Source of the DNA: Candidatus Bathyarchaeota archaeon
GTDB taxonomy: Archaea > Thermoproteota > Bathyarchaeia > Bathyarchaeales > DTEX01
NCBI GenBank assembly: GCA_018396975.1
Contig: JAGTQA010000015.1
Span: forward strand, 1-51,830
Reading direction: 5' to 3'
Length of the DNA: 51,830 bases
The notes beneath the pieces were generated by a model. It did not search any database, was not told the DNA's origin, and saw only the letters and a list, made by a program, of their open reading frames with translations. Position numbers and translations under genes: made by a program. Shown here piece by piece: positions 9,556 through 19,902 of the stretch. Within the stretch, counting starts at the first letter, position 1; each line of letters opens with the position of its first letter.

Positions 9556-10008
9556 ATGAAGACCGAGATTGATGAGATTGATAGGGAAATTTTGAGGATG
9601 CTTCAGGAAGACGCCCGCGTGTCATTTAGAAAGATATCTGAGAGACTAAATTTAAGTGAGGCAACAGTATTCGTCAGGGTTAAGAAGCTCATTAAGAAGG
9701 GTGTTATTAAGGGGTTCACAACGATAGTCTCGCCTGAAGCCCTCGGCAAGAGGATAACCGCCTTCGTCCTAATAAATACTGACCCAAAGAAGCTCCAGAG
9801 CGTCCTTGAAACCATAAGTAGAATGGACGACGTATACGAAGTTTACGATGTTACTGGCTCATATTATGCTATAGTGAAGGTTCGGGCCGAGGACCAGAAT
9901 CGGCTGGCCAAGATAATTGATGAGATAGGTATGATTGATGGGGTTATAAGAACCGAGACCGCGCTGGTTCTTAGGAGCATAAAAGAGGATATTCGAATAA
10001 AGGTTTAA
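9556..10008 (+). CDS. Lrp/AsnC transcriptional regulator (LysM-like), divergent from lysW
   Basis: IDEIDREILRMLQEDARVSFRKIS HTH and VYDVTGSY RAM domain. Confidence 0.93.
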   Translation: MKTEIDEIDREILRMLQEDARVSFRKISERLNLSEATVFVRVKKLIKKGVIKGFTTIVSPEALGKRITAFVLINTDPKKLQSVLETISRMDDVYEVYDVTGSYYAIVKVRAEDQNRLAKIIDEIGMIDGVIRTETALVLRSIKEDIRIKV

Positions 10009-10076
10009 ATTTCAACTAGCTTGAAAACTACGAATGACTAAAGAGTAGATAGGGTTAGATATTTCCCTAGAACATT

Positions 10077-10688
10077 TTGAGTTATATATGGGGTGGTGGC
10101 ATAATCAGGCGAATAATAATTATTACTGGGACTCCTGGCGTAGGAAAGTCCTCGGTCTCAAAGGCTCTCGCCTCCAAAATAAATGCACACATCATATCTA
10201 TAGGCAACCTCGTTAAAGAGGAGAAACTTTATAGTGGTGTAGATAGGGAGAGGGATACATTAATCGCTGATACAGAGAGGGTCTCGAGGAGGGTTAAAGA
10301 GATAATCTCTAAAGTTCAGGGGGACGTTATAGTTGAGGGGCATTTTGCTGTCGATGTTGTCCCACCAAAATGGGTCAGCGTGGCCTTTGTTTTGAGGAGG
10401 GATCCGGAGGAGCTTAGGAGGATCCTTGAGGGCCGCTCCTATAGCGAGAGAAAAATTATGGAGAATCTTGCAGCTGAGATCCTAGATGTCTGCCTTTATG
10501 AGGCTATAAAGAGGTGCGGTGTGAAGAAGGTTTGCGAGATAGATGTAACCTCGAAGAGTGTGGAGGATGTTGTTGGGGAGATCCTAGATGTTCTTAATGG
10601 TGTGAGGGAATGTAGGGTTGGGATTGTAGATTGGCTTGGAAAACTTGAGGCTGAAGGAAAGCTTGATGAGTACTTAAAGGATTTTTAG
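10077..10688 (+). CDS. Adenylate kinase, AK6/Fap7 family
   Basis: ITGTPGVGKS, VEGH and RSYSERKIMENLAAEILD motifs; exact start uncertain. Confidence 0.9.
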   Translation: MSYIWGGGIIRRIIIITGTPGVGKSSVSKALASKINAHIISIGNLVKEEKLYSGVDRERDTLIADTERVSRRVKEIISKVQGDVIVEGHFAVDVVPPKWVSVAFVLRRDPEELRRILEGRSYSERKIMENLAAEILDVCLYEAIKRCGVKKVCEIDVTSKSVEDVVGEILDVLNGVRECRVGIVDWLGKLEAEGKLDEYLKDF

Positions 10689-11077
10689 AAGGCTTTTATT
10701 CCCTTTAAGATGTCTGTTCTTGCGAGTAGCCTTATTCCCCTACGGCTCGCATATGCTTTGGCGTGCTCACTAAACTTTTCAGCTATTAGGATTGGGCTAG
10801 TAAATCCCGCACTCTGGGCGACCTTATCTATATTTATGACTACATTTACGCCAATGGTTCTATTCCAGTCCTTGATCCAAACCGGATATACTTCGCTTCC
10901 CCTCCGAACTATCAGATCGCATCTCTTTGTTGATGGCATATCGCTCCGATTCGGATTCTTATCTATCGTGTAGCCTCTTCTAGTAAAGTATTGTATTGCG
11001 AGCTTCATCAGCGGCTGCCGATTCATCCCTTCCACAGTAGAGAGATTAACGTGGATAGAGAAAAATCTTTTCATCAA
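10685..11077 (-). CDS. Mrr-like restriction-endonuclease-fold protein, possibly degenerate
   Basis: YFTRRGY..CDLIV..VWIKDW..IGV..FSEHAKAYA..GIRL pattern of Mrr_cat-like PD-(D/E)xK proteins. Confidence 0.6.
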   Translation of the reverse strand: MMKRFFSIHVNLSTVEGMNRQPLMKLAIQYFTRRGYTIDKNPNRSDMPSTKRCDLIVRRGSEVYPVWIKDWNRTIGVNVVINIDKVAQSAGFTSPILIAEKFSEHAKAYASRRGIRLLARTDILKGIKAF

Positions 11078-12138
11078 CCTGATGTTTCTTTTTGATTTCG
11101 GCTAAGCAGATTTTTTACACCTATCCATTGAGCTATTGCGTAGCCTACTAGGATCTGAAGCCAGAAGGTTATGATCCTAATAAGTAGTGTCGCGGTTCCG
11201 CTTAGGGCGATTGGGATCTTAAATAGCGTGTATAGGCTCGTCATAACTATCTCGACGAGACCTAGGGGGAGAGCTACCGGGATCGTTTGAACAGCTACGC
11301 TAATCGAATAGACTATGATGGTCTCATTTATTTTTTGGAGGATCTCACCGAAGCCTAGCGCATAAAATACTAGGAGATATATGCTCATATGTAAGAGCCA
11401 AGCAATGAAGTTGTAGGCTGCGGATCTTGTCAGTGCCCCCCAACTCCTACTGAAAATCTTAAATCCATCGTAGAAGTGCGCTAAATTCCGCTGCACTTTA
11501 TCCCTAAGATCTAATGGGTTTATCCGGCCCCTAAATATGAAGGCTATAGCCTTTATGGGCAAGCCGAGCAATCTCTCAACCGCCCCCTCCTTAAGGGACA
11601 AGTAGATTAGAGAGGCTATTAGAAAGATGGAGCCTAATAGGACGGCTAGTAAAAGGCTTAGGGCTTCGGTGCTAACCTTATATTTTAGGATTATTAGGGC
11701 TGAGGCAAATATTAGGCTGCCCAATGTTATAGACGTCGTTATTATTCGATGGGCAACGACTGATGCAATAATTTTTCCAGAGGAGACTCTGGTCTCCCTA
11801 TGGACAAGGTATATTCTCGTGATCTCCCCGGAAACGCTCTCCAATGGGATGACTAGGTCCACAAATATTCCAACCCAGGAATAAAAGAGCGCATTCCTTA
11901 CGCTAAGGTTTATTGAGAGAGCCTTCATGAGTTCCCTCCAGCTCATCGAGTAAAAGAGCATGCTCAGTATCATGGCCATGATTGTTATGGAATAATAGAG
12001 GAGATATTCGCGTGGATCAACACTTTTAAATACTCCAATTATCTCCTCAAAACCCACAAAAAAGTGTAGGTATAAGATGAAGATTATTAATCCGGCTGCT
12101 AAGGATACTATTAATTTAATCGGCGAAGACTTTTTCAT
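11074..12138 (-). CDS. UPF0104 / lysylphosphatidylglycerol-synthase TM (flippase-like) membrane protein
   Basis: Multiple TM helices; IP..SVSGE..R, P.LGLVE and LLIRIITFW motifs. Confidence 0.85.
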   Translation of the reverse strand: MKKSSPIKLIVSLAAGLIIFILYLHFFVGFEEIIGVFKSVDPREYLLYYSITIMAMILSMLFYSMSWRELMKALSINLSVRNALFYSWVGIFVDLVIPLESVSGEITRIYLVHRETRVSSGKIIASVVAHRIITTSITLGSLIFASALIILKYKVSTEALSLLLAVLLGSIFLIASLIYLSLKEGAVERLLGLPIKAIAFIFRGRINPLDLRDKVQRNLAHFYDGFKIFSRSWGALTRSAAYNFIAWLLHMSIYLLVFYALGFGEILQKINETIIVYSISVAVQTIPVALPLGLVEIVMTSLYTLFKIPIALSGTATLLIRIITFWLQILVGYAIAQWIGVKNLLSRNQKETSG

Positions 12139-12252
12139 CTCAATCTACTAAATTTTTAGGTCTTCAACAATATAAAATTGGCTTATCGTCCCCGTATCTC
12201 GCTATCTTTTTAAACTTCTGACTATTTTATTGAGGATTTAAGGGGTTGATCT

Positions 12253-12954
12253 TTGGGCGTAAAGGCCGTTATATTTGATCTAGACGACACCCTAGTTTAT
12301 TCGGGAATAGACTATAAGGGGATGAAGAGATCACTTATTAACTTTCTGGTCGAGGCTGGCGTTGACCCAGATCTATTAAGTGAGGAGATGCCCAATATTG
12401 AAATTTTTAGGGTTGCCCTAGAGCATCTAAGGGATAGGGGTCTCTCTGAGGATAAGATAAAGCGCATTTTTGGGGAGGCTAATGCAATACTGGATAGGGC
12501 TGAGATGGAATCCTTGGGCAGAGCCAGATTAATGGATGGCGCCCTAGAGATTCTAAAGTCCCTAAAGAGGTTGGAATTGAAGATCGGTATTGTAACTAAT
12601 GGGTGTAGAAGATACGCAGCAGAAATAATTAAGGTGTCCTCCCTAGATGATTATATTGATGCGCTTATCGCTAGAGATGATGTGCCAAGTCCAAAGCCGA
12701 GTCCAGACCACCTCTTAAAGGCTCTAGAGGTTTTGGGCGTCTCCGCTGAGGAGGCAATCTTCGTTGGCGATCACTGGATAGATGCATTATGCGCCAAAAA
12801 TGCTGGGATAAAATTCATTCTATTTAATAATAGAGGGGGATGTTGGGAGGAGATTAGAGGCAGAGACATGGCAATAGCAACCATCAGCGATTTGAGGGAT
12901 ATAACCAACTTTCTTCCTTCCGGGAGGGAAATGCTAGAACGAAACAATTATTAG
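12253..12954 (+). CDS. HAD-superfamily phosphatase
   Basis: FDLDDTL, IVTN, KPSP and VGDHWID motifs. Confidence 0.92.
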   Translation: MGVKAVIFDLDDTLVYSGIDYKGMKRSLINFLVEAGVDPDLLSEEMPNIEIFRVALEHLRDRGLSEDKIKRIFGEANAILDRAEMESLGRARLMDGALEILKSLKRLELKIGIVTNGCRRYAAEIIKVSSLDDYIDALIARDDVPSPKPSPDHLLKALEVLGVSAEEAIFVGDHWIDALCAKNAGIKFILFNNRGGCWEEIRGRDMAIATISDLRDITNFLPSGREMLERNNY

Positions 12955-13025
12955 CATCAGAAGATCTTATCAGACCTATACTAGGGCGCATGTCCGCTAA
13001 TGACTGTTAAGAAGGCGGTAATATA

Positions 13026-14018
13026 ATGGAGTATGCCGTTGAGACCTTCGATTTAACTAAGGTGTTTGAGAGTAAGGAGGGAGGCGTTAAGCGGATTATT
13101 AAGGCAGTTGACCATGTGAACATTAAGGTTAGACGGGGCGAGTTCTTCGGGCTCCTTGGGCCTAATGGGGCTGGAAAGACCACGCTCATAAAGATGCTCT
13201 GCACCATAATACTTCCAACCAAGGGAACAGCTAAGGTAAACGGCTATGATATAATTAGGGAGCCCATGAAAGTTAGGAGCTGCCTAGGCTGGTTTCATGG
13301 GGAGACAGGTGGGCGATCACTTTATTGGAGACTTAGCGCCGAGGACAACCTAAGATTCTACGCCTATTTACAGAATGTTCCTAAGGATATCGCCGAGAGA
13401 AGGATTGAGGCCCTACTAGAGTTCTTTGGACTAACTAAGGATAAGAAGAAGCTTGTTAAGGACTATTCGACCGGCATGAAGGTTAGGGTTATGCTGGCTA
13501 GGGCCCTACTACACAACCCACCGATCCTATTTATGGATGAACCGACAATAGGGCTTGACACAATAAGCGCTGTTGAGACCAGAAGGCTTCTAAAGGCATT
13601 AAATACGGAGCTTGGGAAGACAATAATATTCACGAGTCACAACATGTTTGAGGTTGAGCAGTTATGCGAGAGAATAGTGATGATGAAGGATGGGCGCGTA
13701 ATAGCCGATGCCCCACCATCCGTTTTAAGGGAGATGCTTAGGGATGTGCGCGCCGTTGAGGTGGAGATAAGAGAGAATGGTGATCTATCAAGGGCAATTC
13801 AAGCCTTATCAAGCCTATCAATTGTTAGGAGGGTTGTGGAGGTAAAAAGTGAGTCGCTAAGTGCCATAGTGCGCCTTCAGGTTGATGATGAATATGAGGC
13901 CATACCAGCAATAGCTGGCAGATTACATAATCTGGGAATTAAGGTTTCGGCGATACGGAGGTCGGAGCCAACACTTGAAGACATATTCGTGAAGCTGACG
14001 AGGGAGGAGTCTGCTTGA
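13026..14018 (+). CDS. ABC-2 exporter ATP-binding subunit
   Basis: GPNGAGKT, YSTGM, FMDEPT and SH motifs. Confidence 0.95.
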   Translation: MEYAVETFDLTKVFESKEGGVKRIIKAVDHVNIKVRRGEFFGLLGPNGAGKTTLIKMLCTIILPTKGTAKVNGYDIIREPMKVRSCLGWFHGETGGRSLYWRLSAEDNLRFYAYLQNVPKDIAERRIEALLEFFGLTKDKKKLVKDYSTGMKVRVMLARALLHNPPILFMDEPTIGLDTISAVETRRLLKALNTELGKTIIFTSHNMFEVEQLCERIVMMKDGRVIADAPPSVLREMLRDVRAVEVEIRENGDLSRAIQALSSLSIVRRVVEVKSESLSAIVRLQVDDEYEAIPAIAGRLHNLGIKVSAIRRSEPTLEDIFVKLTREESA

Positions 14019-14896
14019 GGGTTGAGGACTTAATTAACCTTTTTAGGGAGGATAGACCCCGAACGTCATCTGACATTAGACATGTCTGGGCGGTCTTCTG
14101 GGCGAACTTCAAAATATTCCTATCCTACAGGACTTGGGTTATAATGGAGACTATAAGCACCGTTGCCTCAGTCGCCATGTACTCCTTCATGGGTTTACAG
14201 GTTGATGCTAGGAGGGTTGCCTTAGCCGGGTATGGTGATGTTGGCTGGCTGCCCTTCGCCCTAGTTGGGGTTGCCACGGCAAATTATTTGTGGATGTGTA
14301 TCAGTAGGCTGAGCCACTCACTGCAGCATGAAATACGTGAGGGAACCTTAGAATCCATAATTACATCATTAATAAAGATGAGGTCTTACATTATTGGGCA
14401 GTCAATTAGGGGTTTTCTGGTAAGCGGATATTTCATGCTGGGAGTCTTCGTCGTTGGAGTTGGGATTTTAAGGGTTCCATTAATAATTAACCTAGAAACA
14501 ATCTTATCATTCATAGCCATAATCCTACTGATGGTTCTGAGCTACGCCGGGATAAGCATAATGGCCGCCGGCCTAATCCTCGTATATAAGAAGGGTGATC
14601 CGCTCACCTTCCTATTCGCCAGCATAACCGAGTTCCTCGGCGGGGTCCTCTTCCCACTAAAGTATCTCGAAAGCTTCCCAGTCCTCTATACGCTGGCCTG
14701 GCTTATGCCATACACCTACGCGCTGGATGCAGCCCGCAGAATTCTCCTTAATGGCGCGACAATATTCTCCCACAGCGTTCTCATGGATGTAATCGTCTTA
14801 CTCGCCTATGCCGCCGTGTTCATTCCGATTGGATTGAGAGTTTTCAGGTGGGGTATTAACCGCATAAGGTATGAGGGGACGGTTGCAACATATTAG
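14015..14896 (+). CDS. ABC-2 permease
   Basis: EIREGTLE, GVLFP and PYTYALDAAR motifs; about 6 TM helices. Confidence 0.9.
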   Translation: MRVEDLINLFREDRPRTSSDIRHVWAVFWANFKIFLSYRTWVIMETISTVASVAMYSFMGLQVDARRVALAGYGDVGWLPFALVGVATANYLWMCISRLSHSLQHEIREGTLESIITSLIKMRSYIIGQSIRGFLVSGYFMLGVFVVGVGILRVPLIINLETILSFIAIILLMVLSYAGISIMAAGLILVYKKGDPLTFLFASITEFLGGVLFPLKYLESFPVLYTLAWLMPYTYALDAARRILLNGATIFSHSVLMDVIVLLAYAAVFIPIGLRVFRWGINRIRYEGTVATY

Positions 14897-14909
14897 GAGG
14901 GAGGTAAGT

Positions 14910-15785
14910 ATGGATATTGAGCGGCTAATTGAAATAATCTCTGAGGATATTCCTCGAAGGAAGACACCGATTTACCGCATCGTTCTCTCCTTCATCACTA
15001 GGGACTTTAAGGTTTGGTGGACCTATAAATTCTGGCTTCTACTTGACATCTCGGGAATAATACTCTTTGTGATCACATACTATCTCTTCTCACTAATCAC
15101 AACCGCCCAGCAGATTTATGAGGCAGGCTACATGACTGGCGGATACTTTACCTTTGCCCTTATAGGCATAGCTTTCCAACAGTATGTCCACTTCGCCGTC
15201 CAGAGTATTAATGAGAGCATACGTGAGGAGCAGTGGAATGGAACGATGGAAACCATACTCTCGGCGGCAATAGACTTTAAAATATTCCTTCTGGGGGAAG
15301 TCTGCTTCTCATTCATAGTCTCCTCAGCCCTACTCCTTATGTCGCTACTTGTAGGGATAATTTTAGGCGCGGAATTCTATGCAACACCCTCATCAATCCT
15401 CACGGCGGTGATACTGACAATACTCTTAATCGCAAGCCACATGGATATTGGCATATTAAGCGCTGGTGTAATAATGAAGGTTAAGCAGGGCAGTCCAGTT
15501 ACATGGGCATTCTCATGGCTGAGCCAGCTGGTTTCAGGAGTCTTTTATCCACTCAAACTATTGCCATGGTATCTTGAGTGGGTTGGAAGAGCTTTCCCAC
15601 TAACATACTCCCTAGACGGAATAAGATTGTGCCTGCAATCGGGAAAAGATTTGACGCATCCAACGATAATCTCCAACATTATAAGCCTAATAATCTTCAT
15701 ATTCATCGCAACACCAATAGCCCTATACATCTTTAAAGTCGGCTATGACGCCGCTAGAAGAGACGGGTCCCTAGGACAATATTAA
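14910..15785 (+). CDS. ABC-2 permease (second, paralogous)
   Basis: EQWNGTME, SGVFYP and PLTYSLDGIR motifs; GGAGGT SD before ATG 14910. Confidence 0.9.
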   Translation: MDIERLIEIISEDIPRRKTPIYRIVLSFITRDFKVWWTYKFWLLLDISGIILFVITYYLFSLITTAQQIYEAGYMTGGYFTFALIGIAFQQYVHFAVQSINESIREEQWNGTMETILSAAIDFKIFLLGEVCFSFIVSSALLLMSLLVGIILGAEFYATPSSILTAVILTILLIASHMDIGILSAGVIMKVKQGSPVTWAFSWLSQLVSGVFYPLKLLPWYLEWVGRAFPLTYSLDGIRLCLQSGKDLTHPTIISNIISLIIFIFIATPIALYIFKVGYDAARRDGSLGQY

Positions 15786-15792
15786 AGAAAAA

Positions 15793-16725
15793 TTGCTCCT
15801 CCAAGTAATCACTAAGAGAGTAAAAATACTAAGTCTAAATTCTTATTATTTTGATTTCATTATTTTGTTAATGGGGAGAGAGGCTTCTAGGTTGGAAAGC
15901 CCTGAATATCTCCTCTGCCCATTCTGCAGTGCACCATATAGAGAGTTTATTCCACCTGGAACAGTTCAAGTTAAATGCCCCTATTGTGGATCAACAATCC
16001 TAGTTCCACCAAAATTTGGTGGTCCAGTCCAGCGATGCCCAAACCATTCGGAATCACTGGCCATAGGGCTCTGTAGCAAATGTTATGGAAGCTTCTGCGG
16101 TGACTGCTTATTCCTAATAACAAGTGTGAAGATGGTGGGGAAAAGTGTGATAATTGATAGACTTTTCCTTTGCGCTAAATGTAGGGATGGAGCCAAGGAT
16201 GGGGAGAAAGGCACGCTCATAGCTAACACTATTTGGCTCCTCATATTTTCATCCCTAATCCTATATGCTTTCTCTTGGCAATATGGCGGATGGCTCCTCA
16301 ATATAATACTAGTCCTTTTGCCACTATTCATCGCTCTAGCATATTGGAGACTCAAGGCTATTGATGAAAGGTATAAGATGGCTCCCTCCCTTCGCAAGTT
16401 TAGGGAAGTAAGTCTAAAATTAAATGATAAGATAGAGAGTTTAAAGGCTACTTTAACCGCCGAGGAACTCTACCATAAAATTATTGGGGGGAAATGGACA
16501 CGTTTAGAGGTCGGTTACAAACCTTTTGTTGAAAAGCGTCTGGAGGAGTACATGAAATCTGGTCTTGACAGGAAAGAAGCTCTCTTAAAAATAATGAGTG
16601 AGGATGGGTTGGAAATAGCTCCTGGACTACACATTCCACTGAGATTAGATGATATCTTACATGAAATTGAAAGGGAATTCAAACTTGAACGCCGGAAACA
16701 AAAGTTTTTTGCCAAATCCTCTTAA
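15793..16725 (+). CDS. Membrane protein with Zn-ribbon and B-box-like Zn finger (true start probably ~15871-15892)
   Basis: CPFC/CPYC, then CPNH..CSKC..FCGDC..LCAKC, followed by two TM helices. Confidence 0.75.
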   Translation: MLLQVITKRVKILSLNSYYFDFIILLMGREASRLESPEYLLCPFCSAPYREFIPPGTVQVKCPYCGSTILVPPKFGGPVQRCPNHSESLAIGLCSKCYGSFCGDCLFLITSVKMVGKSVIIDRLFLCAKCRDGAKDGEKGTLIANTIWLLIFSSLILYAFSWQYGGWLLNIILVLLPLFIALAYWRLKAIDERYKMAPSLRKFREVSLKLNDKIESLKATLTAEELYHKIIGGKWTRLEVGYKPFVEKRLEEYMKSGLDRKEALLKIMSEDGLEIAPGLHIPLRLDDILHEIEREFKLERRKQKFFAKSS

Positions 16726-16743
16726 TAGCCCTATCTTAATTAA

Positions 16744-18495
16744 ATGTTTTTAGAATTTAGTTTTGGTGTCGGTATGGAGTCTCTTATAAACTCATGCTTG
16801 GGTTTAACTCCTCTGGACTTGCTGATTTCAGGCAGGATAGTTGATGTTTATGGTGGAAGTATTTTTGATGGCTATGTTGGTGTTAGGGGCGGCTTAATAG
16901 TGTATGTTGGAGTTAAGCCTAAACCCTCTAGGGAGTCTTTAATTTTACCCTCAAGCTATGTTCTGCCAGCATACATTGATGGGCACATTCATATTGAGAG
17001 TTCGCTCATGACGCCCAGCTCCTTCGCTAGAGCCGTTATTCCGCATGGAACATGCTGTGTTGTGGCGGATCCACACGAGATTGCAAACGTTTTAGGCCTA
17101 GATGGAATAAAATTTATGATTGAGGACGCTAGGAGAACCCCGCTTAAATTCTACTTTATGATCCCCTCGTGTGTCCCATCAACAAATCTTGAGACGTCTG
17201 GAGCTGAGATAGGCTTAAGGGAGATAGAGGCGCTCAAGGGCTTTAAAAATATTCTAGGTTTAGGTGAGGTCATGAACTATAAGGGTGTGGTGATGGGTGA
17301 CAAACAAATTCTAGATAAGATAGGGGCTTGCAGGGGGATGATTATTGACGGGCACGCTCCGGGCTTAAGGGATGAAGAATTATGCGCGTATATCTTAGCC
17401 GGGATAGGCTCAGATCACGAGGTAATAAGCCTAGAAGAGGCAAGGGAGAAAATAACTCTTGGAATGTGGATTATGATACGTGAGGGCTCAACAACTAAGG
17501 CCATTTCAAATCTCATTAGGGTTGTTTCTAGAGGTTGTCCTGAGAGGGCTATGCTCGTAACCGATGATAAGCATGCTGGCGACATAATCCGTGAGGGCCA
17601 CATAGACCACTGCTTAAGGAGGGCTGTTGAGGAAGGACTAGACCCAATAGACGCCATTAGAATGGTCACTATTAAGCCGGCGGAATACTTTAGACTATCA
17701 AATTTAGGGGGTCTATCACCTGGAAAGGCAGCGGACATAGTTATCGTGGATGACTTAAGGAGTTTTAGGGCTAAGATTGTTCTAATAGATGGTAGGATTG
17801 TGGCTAAGGACGGAAAGTATCTGGGCGATGAGACTGGGAGACCGTCAAAGATCACCCTAGGATCAGTTAATTTTAAACCCTTACATCTAGAGGATCTGCG
17901 CATAAAACATCCGAGCATAAATGATGGCAGGGCAACTGTTAGGGTTATTGGCTTAATTAAAGATCAGATTATCACTGAAGAGATTCGGTGCGAGATGAGT
18001 GTTATTAATGGTGAGGTTAATCCCGATCCAGATAGGGACATACTTAAGATATGTGTTATTGAGAGACATAAGACATCGGGTAGGATTGGAAAGGGTTTCG
18101 TGAAGGGTTTCGGCCTCAAGAGTGGTGCGATAGCCTCAACAGTTGCCCACGACTCACATAACATTATTGCTGTGGGCGCCAGCGATCTAAGCATGTATAG
18201 GGCCATTATGAGGATTAAGGAGATAAATGGGGGATTCGTCATAGTTGATGGTGGAAGGGTTATTGGGGAGCTTCCTCTTCCAGTGGCCGGTTTAATGACC
18301 ACATTAGATGCTGAGGATATAGCGAGAAGAATGGAGAGGCTTGAGGAGGAGACTTCTAGGCTCGGATGCAAAATTAGGAATCCCTTTATGGCTCTCTCGT
18401 TTCTCTCGCTGCCAGTCGTTCCAAAGCTTAAGATTACCGATTACGGGCTCATTGACGCTGAGAGACTTGAGATTGTCAGCCCATTTATTGATTGA
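16744..18495 (+). CDS. ade: Adenine deaminase (likely start 16774)
   Basis: DGHIHIESS, DPHEIANV, GEVMN, DGHAP, TDD and AHDSHN motifs. Confidence 0.95.
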   Translation: MFLEFSFGVGMESLINSCLGLTPLDLLISGRIVDVYGGSIFDGYVGVRGGLIVYVGVKPKPSRESLILPSSYVLPAYIDGHIHIESSLMTPSSFARAVIPHGTCCVVADPHEIANVLGLDGIKFMIEDARRTPLKFYFMIPSCVPSTNLETSGAEIGLREIEALKGFKNILGLGEVMNYKGVVMGDKQILDKIGACRGMIIDGHAPGLRDEELCAYILAGIGSDHEVISLEEAREKITLGMWIMIREGSTTKAISNLIRVVSRGCPERAMLVTDDKHAGDIIREGHIDHCLRRAVEEGLDPIDAIRMVTIKPAEYFRLSNLGGLSPGKAADIVIVDDLRSFRAKIVLIDGRIVAKDGKYLGDETGRPSKITLGSVNFKPLHLEDLRIKHPSINDGRATVRVIGLIKDQIITEEIRCEMSVINGEVNPDPDRDILKICVIERHKTSGRIGKGFVKGFGLKSGAIASTVAHDSHNIIAVGASDLSMYRAIMRIKEINGGFVIVDGGRVIGELPLPVAGLMTTLDAEDIARRMERLEEETSRLGCKIRNPFMALSFLSLPVVPKLKITDYGLIDAERLEIVSPFID

Positions 18496-18534
18496 AAAGG
18501 CATAAATCCATGTTTAAAGATCATATTTTTCGGG

Positions 18535-19251
18535 GTGGCGGTTTTGACGAGAGCCCTATATCTGGAGGATAGTTATCTTAGGGAGTGCGATGCAACCGTA
18601 GTTAAGGTTACTGATGGTAGGTACATAGTTCTAGATCAGACAATATTTTATCCCAAGGGTGGTGGACAGCCTTGGGATACTGGGAAGATAATACGTGGGA
18701 ATGAAGTCTTTAATGTGGTTTATGTTGGGAAGTTCGGAGATGAGATATCTCATGAGGTTGATAGGGAGGGGTTGAGGGAGGGCGATAAAGTCCACTGCAT
18801 CCTGAACTGGGAGAGACGTTACAAATTTATGCGCAGTCACACGGCTGCACATGTCTTTGCATCGTTAATATGTAATGAGACCGGCGCTCTAGTAACTGGT
18901 AACCAGATAGAGGAGGATAAGGTTAGATTCGACTTCAGTCTGGAGCGCATGGATAGGGATCTGGTAATGAAGTATATAGAGAAGGCCAACGAGCTCTTCA
19001 AGAAGGATATTCCAGTAATATGGTATGAACTTCCTAGGGAGGAAGCCCTAAAGATACCCGGCATAGTTAAGATGGCAGAGGCCTTCCCACCCGACATACC
19101 GAAGCTACGCATAGTTGAGATTGTGGGCGTTGATAAGCAGGCTGATGGTGGGACACACGTTAGGAATCTTAGGGAGGTTGGGCAGATAAGGCTCCTTAAG
19201 GTTGAGAGTAAGGGTAGGCTTAATAAGCGCGTCTACTTCGCGCTTGAGTAG
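18535..19251 (+). CDS. alaXM: Alanyl-tRNA editing protein AlaX-M
   Basis: FYPKGGGQP, MRSHTAAH and DGGTHV motifs. Confidence 0.93.
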   Translation: MAVLTRALYLEDSYLRECDATVVKVTDGRYIVLDQTIFYPKGGGQPWDTGKIIRGNEVFNVVYVGKFGDEISHEVDREGLREGDKVHCILNWERRYKFMRSHTAAHVFASLICNETGALVTGNQIEEDKVRFDFSLERMDRDLVMKYIEKANELFKKDIPVIWYELPREEALKIPGIVKMAEAFPPDIPKLRIVEIVGVDKQADGGTHVRNLREVGQIRLLKVESKGRLNKRVYFALE

Positions 19252-19254
19252 TCG

Positions 19255-19839
19255 GTGCATATCTTGCGCCTCCACGTCCACAAGAGGGCGTTTAGGACCC
19301 TAGGGATCTCAGAGAGCTTTGTTAAGGGCTTGAGTGATAAGTCGATCTTGGCCGGCGTCGTCTTTAGGAGCGATGGGATAATTGACGGCTTCACCTTCTC
19401 GAGGGCCACTGTTGGCGGCATGGATGCAACCGAGAAGATTATTGAGATGTATAGGGCTTTAAAGAGGGATGATATAAATGTTCTGATGCTTAATGGCTGC
19501 GTGATAAGCTGGTATAATGTGATTGATTTAGAGATGGTTCATAAGGAGACGTCGATCCCACTTATATGCGCAACATATGAGGAGTCCCCGGGCCTAGAAA
19601 AATACTTCAGGGAGCTGTTTCCAAGCGACTATGAGAGGCGCATCGAGGTCTACCGAAGAAATGGTCCTAGAACGCCCGTGAAACTCCATACTGGACATGA
19701 GATTTACATAAGGTTTCTTGGGATGAGCCTAGATGAGGCGAAAGGCATATTGAATAAGCTTACGTTGCATGGCGCCATACCCGAGCCTCTTAGGGTAGCT
19801 AGGCTGCTGGCTAGGGGAATAATGAGAATGCTATGCTAG
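19255..19839 (+). CDS. DUF99 / UPF0215 endonuclease V-like protein
   Basis: GISESF, VGGMDAT, YNVID and PEPLRVARLLA motifs. Confidence 0.88.
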   Translation: MHILRLHVHKRAFRTLGISESFVKGLSDKSILAGVVFRSDGIIDGFTFSRATVGGMDATEKIIEMYRALKRDDINVLMLNGCVISWYNVIDLEMVHKETSIPLICATYEESPGLEKYFRELFPSDYERRIEVYRRNGPRTPVKLHTGHEIYIRFLGMSLDEAKGILNKLTLHGAIPEPLRVARLLARGIMRMLC

Positions 19840-19852
19840 GCATTTGCCAGTC

Positions 19853-19890
19853 GATACCTCCCTATCCTTCCGAATACCCTCTCCTCCCTC
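19853..19890 (+). repeat. Dispersed ~38-bp intergenic repeat, copy 2
   Basis: GATACCTCCCTATCCTTCCGAATACCCTCTCCTCCCTC, located between convergent genes. Confidence 0.85.
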
Positions 19891-19902
19891 AAACCACCAT
19901 CT

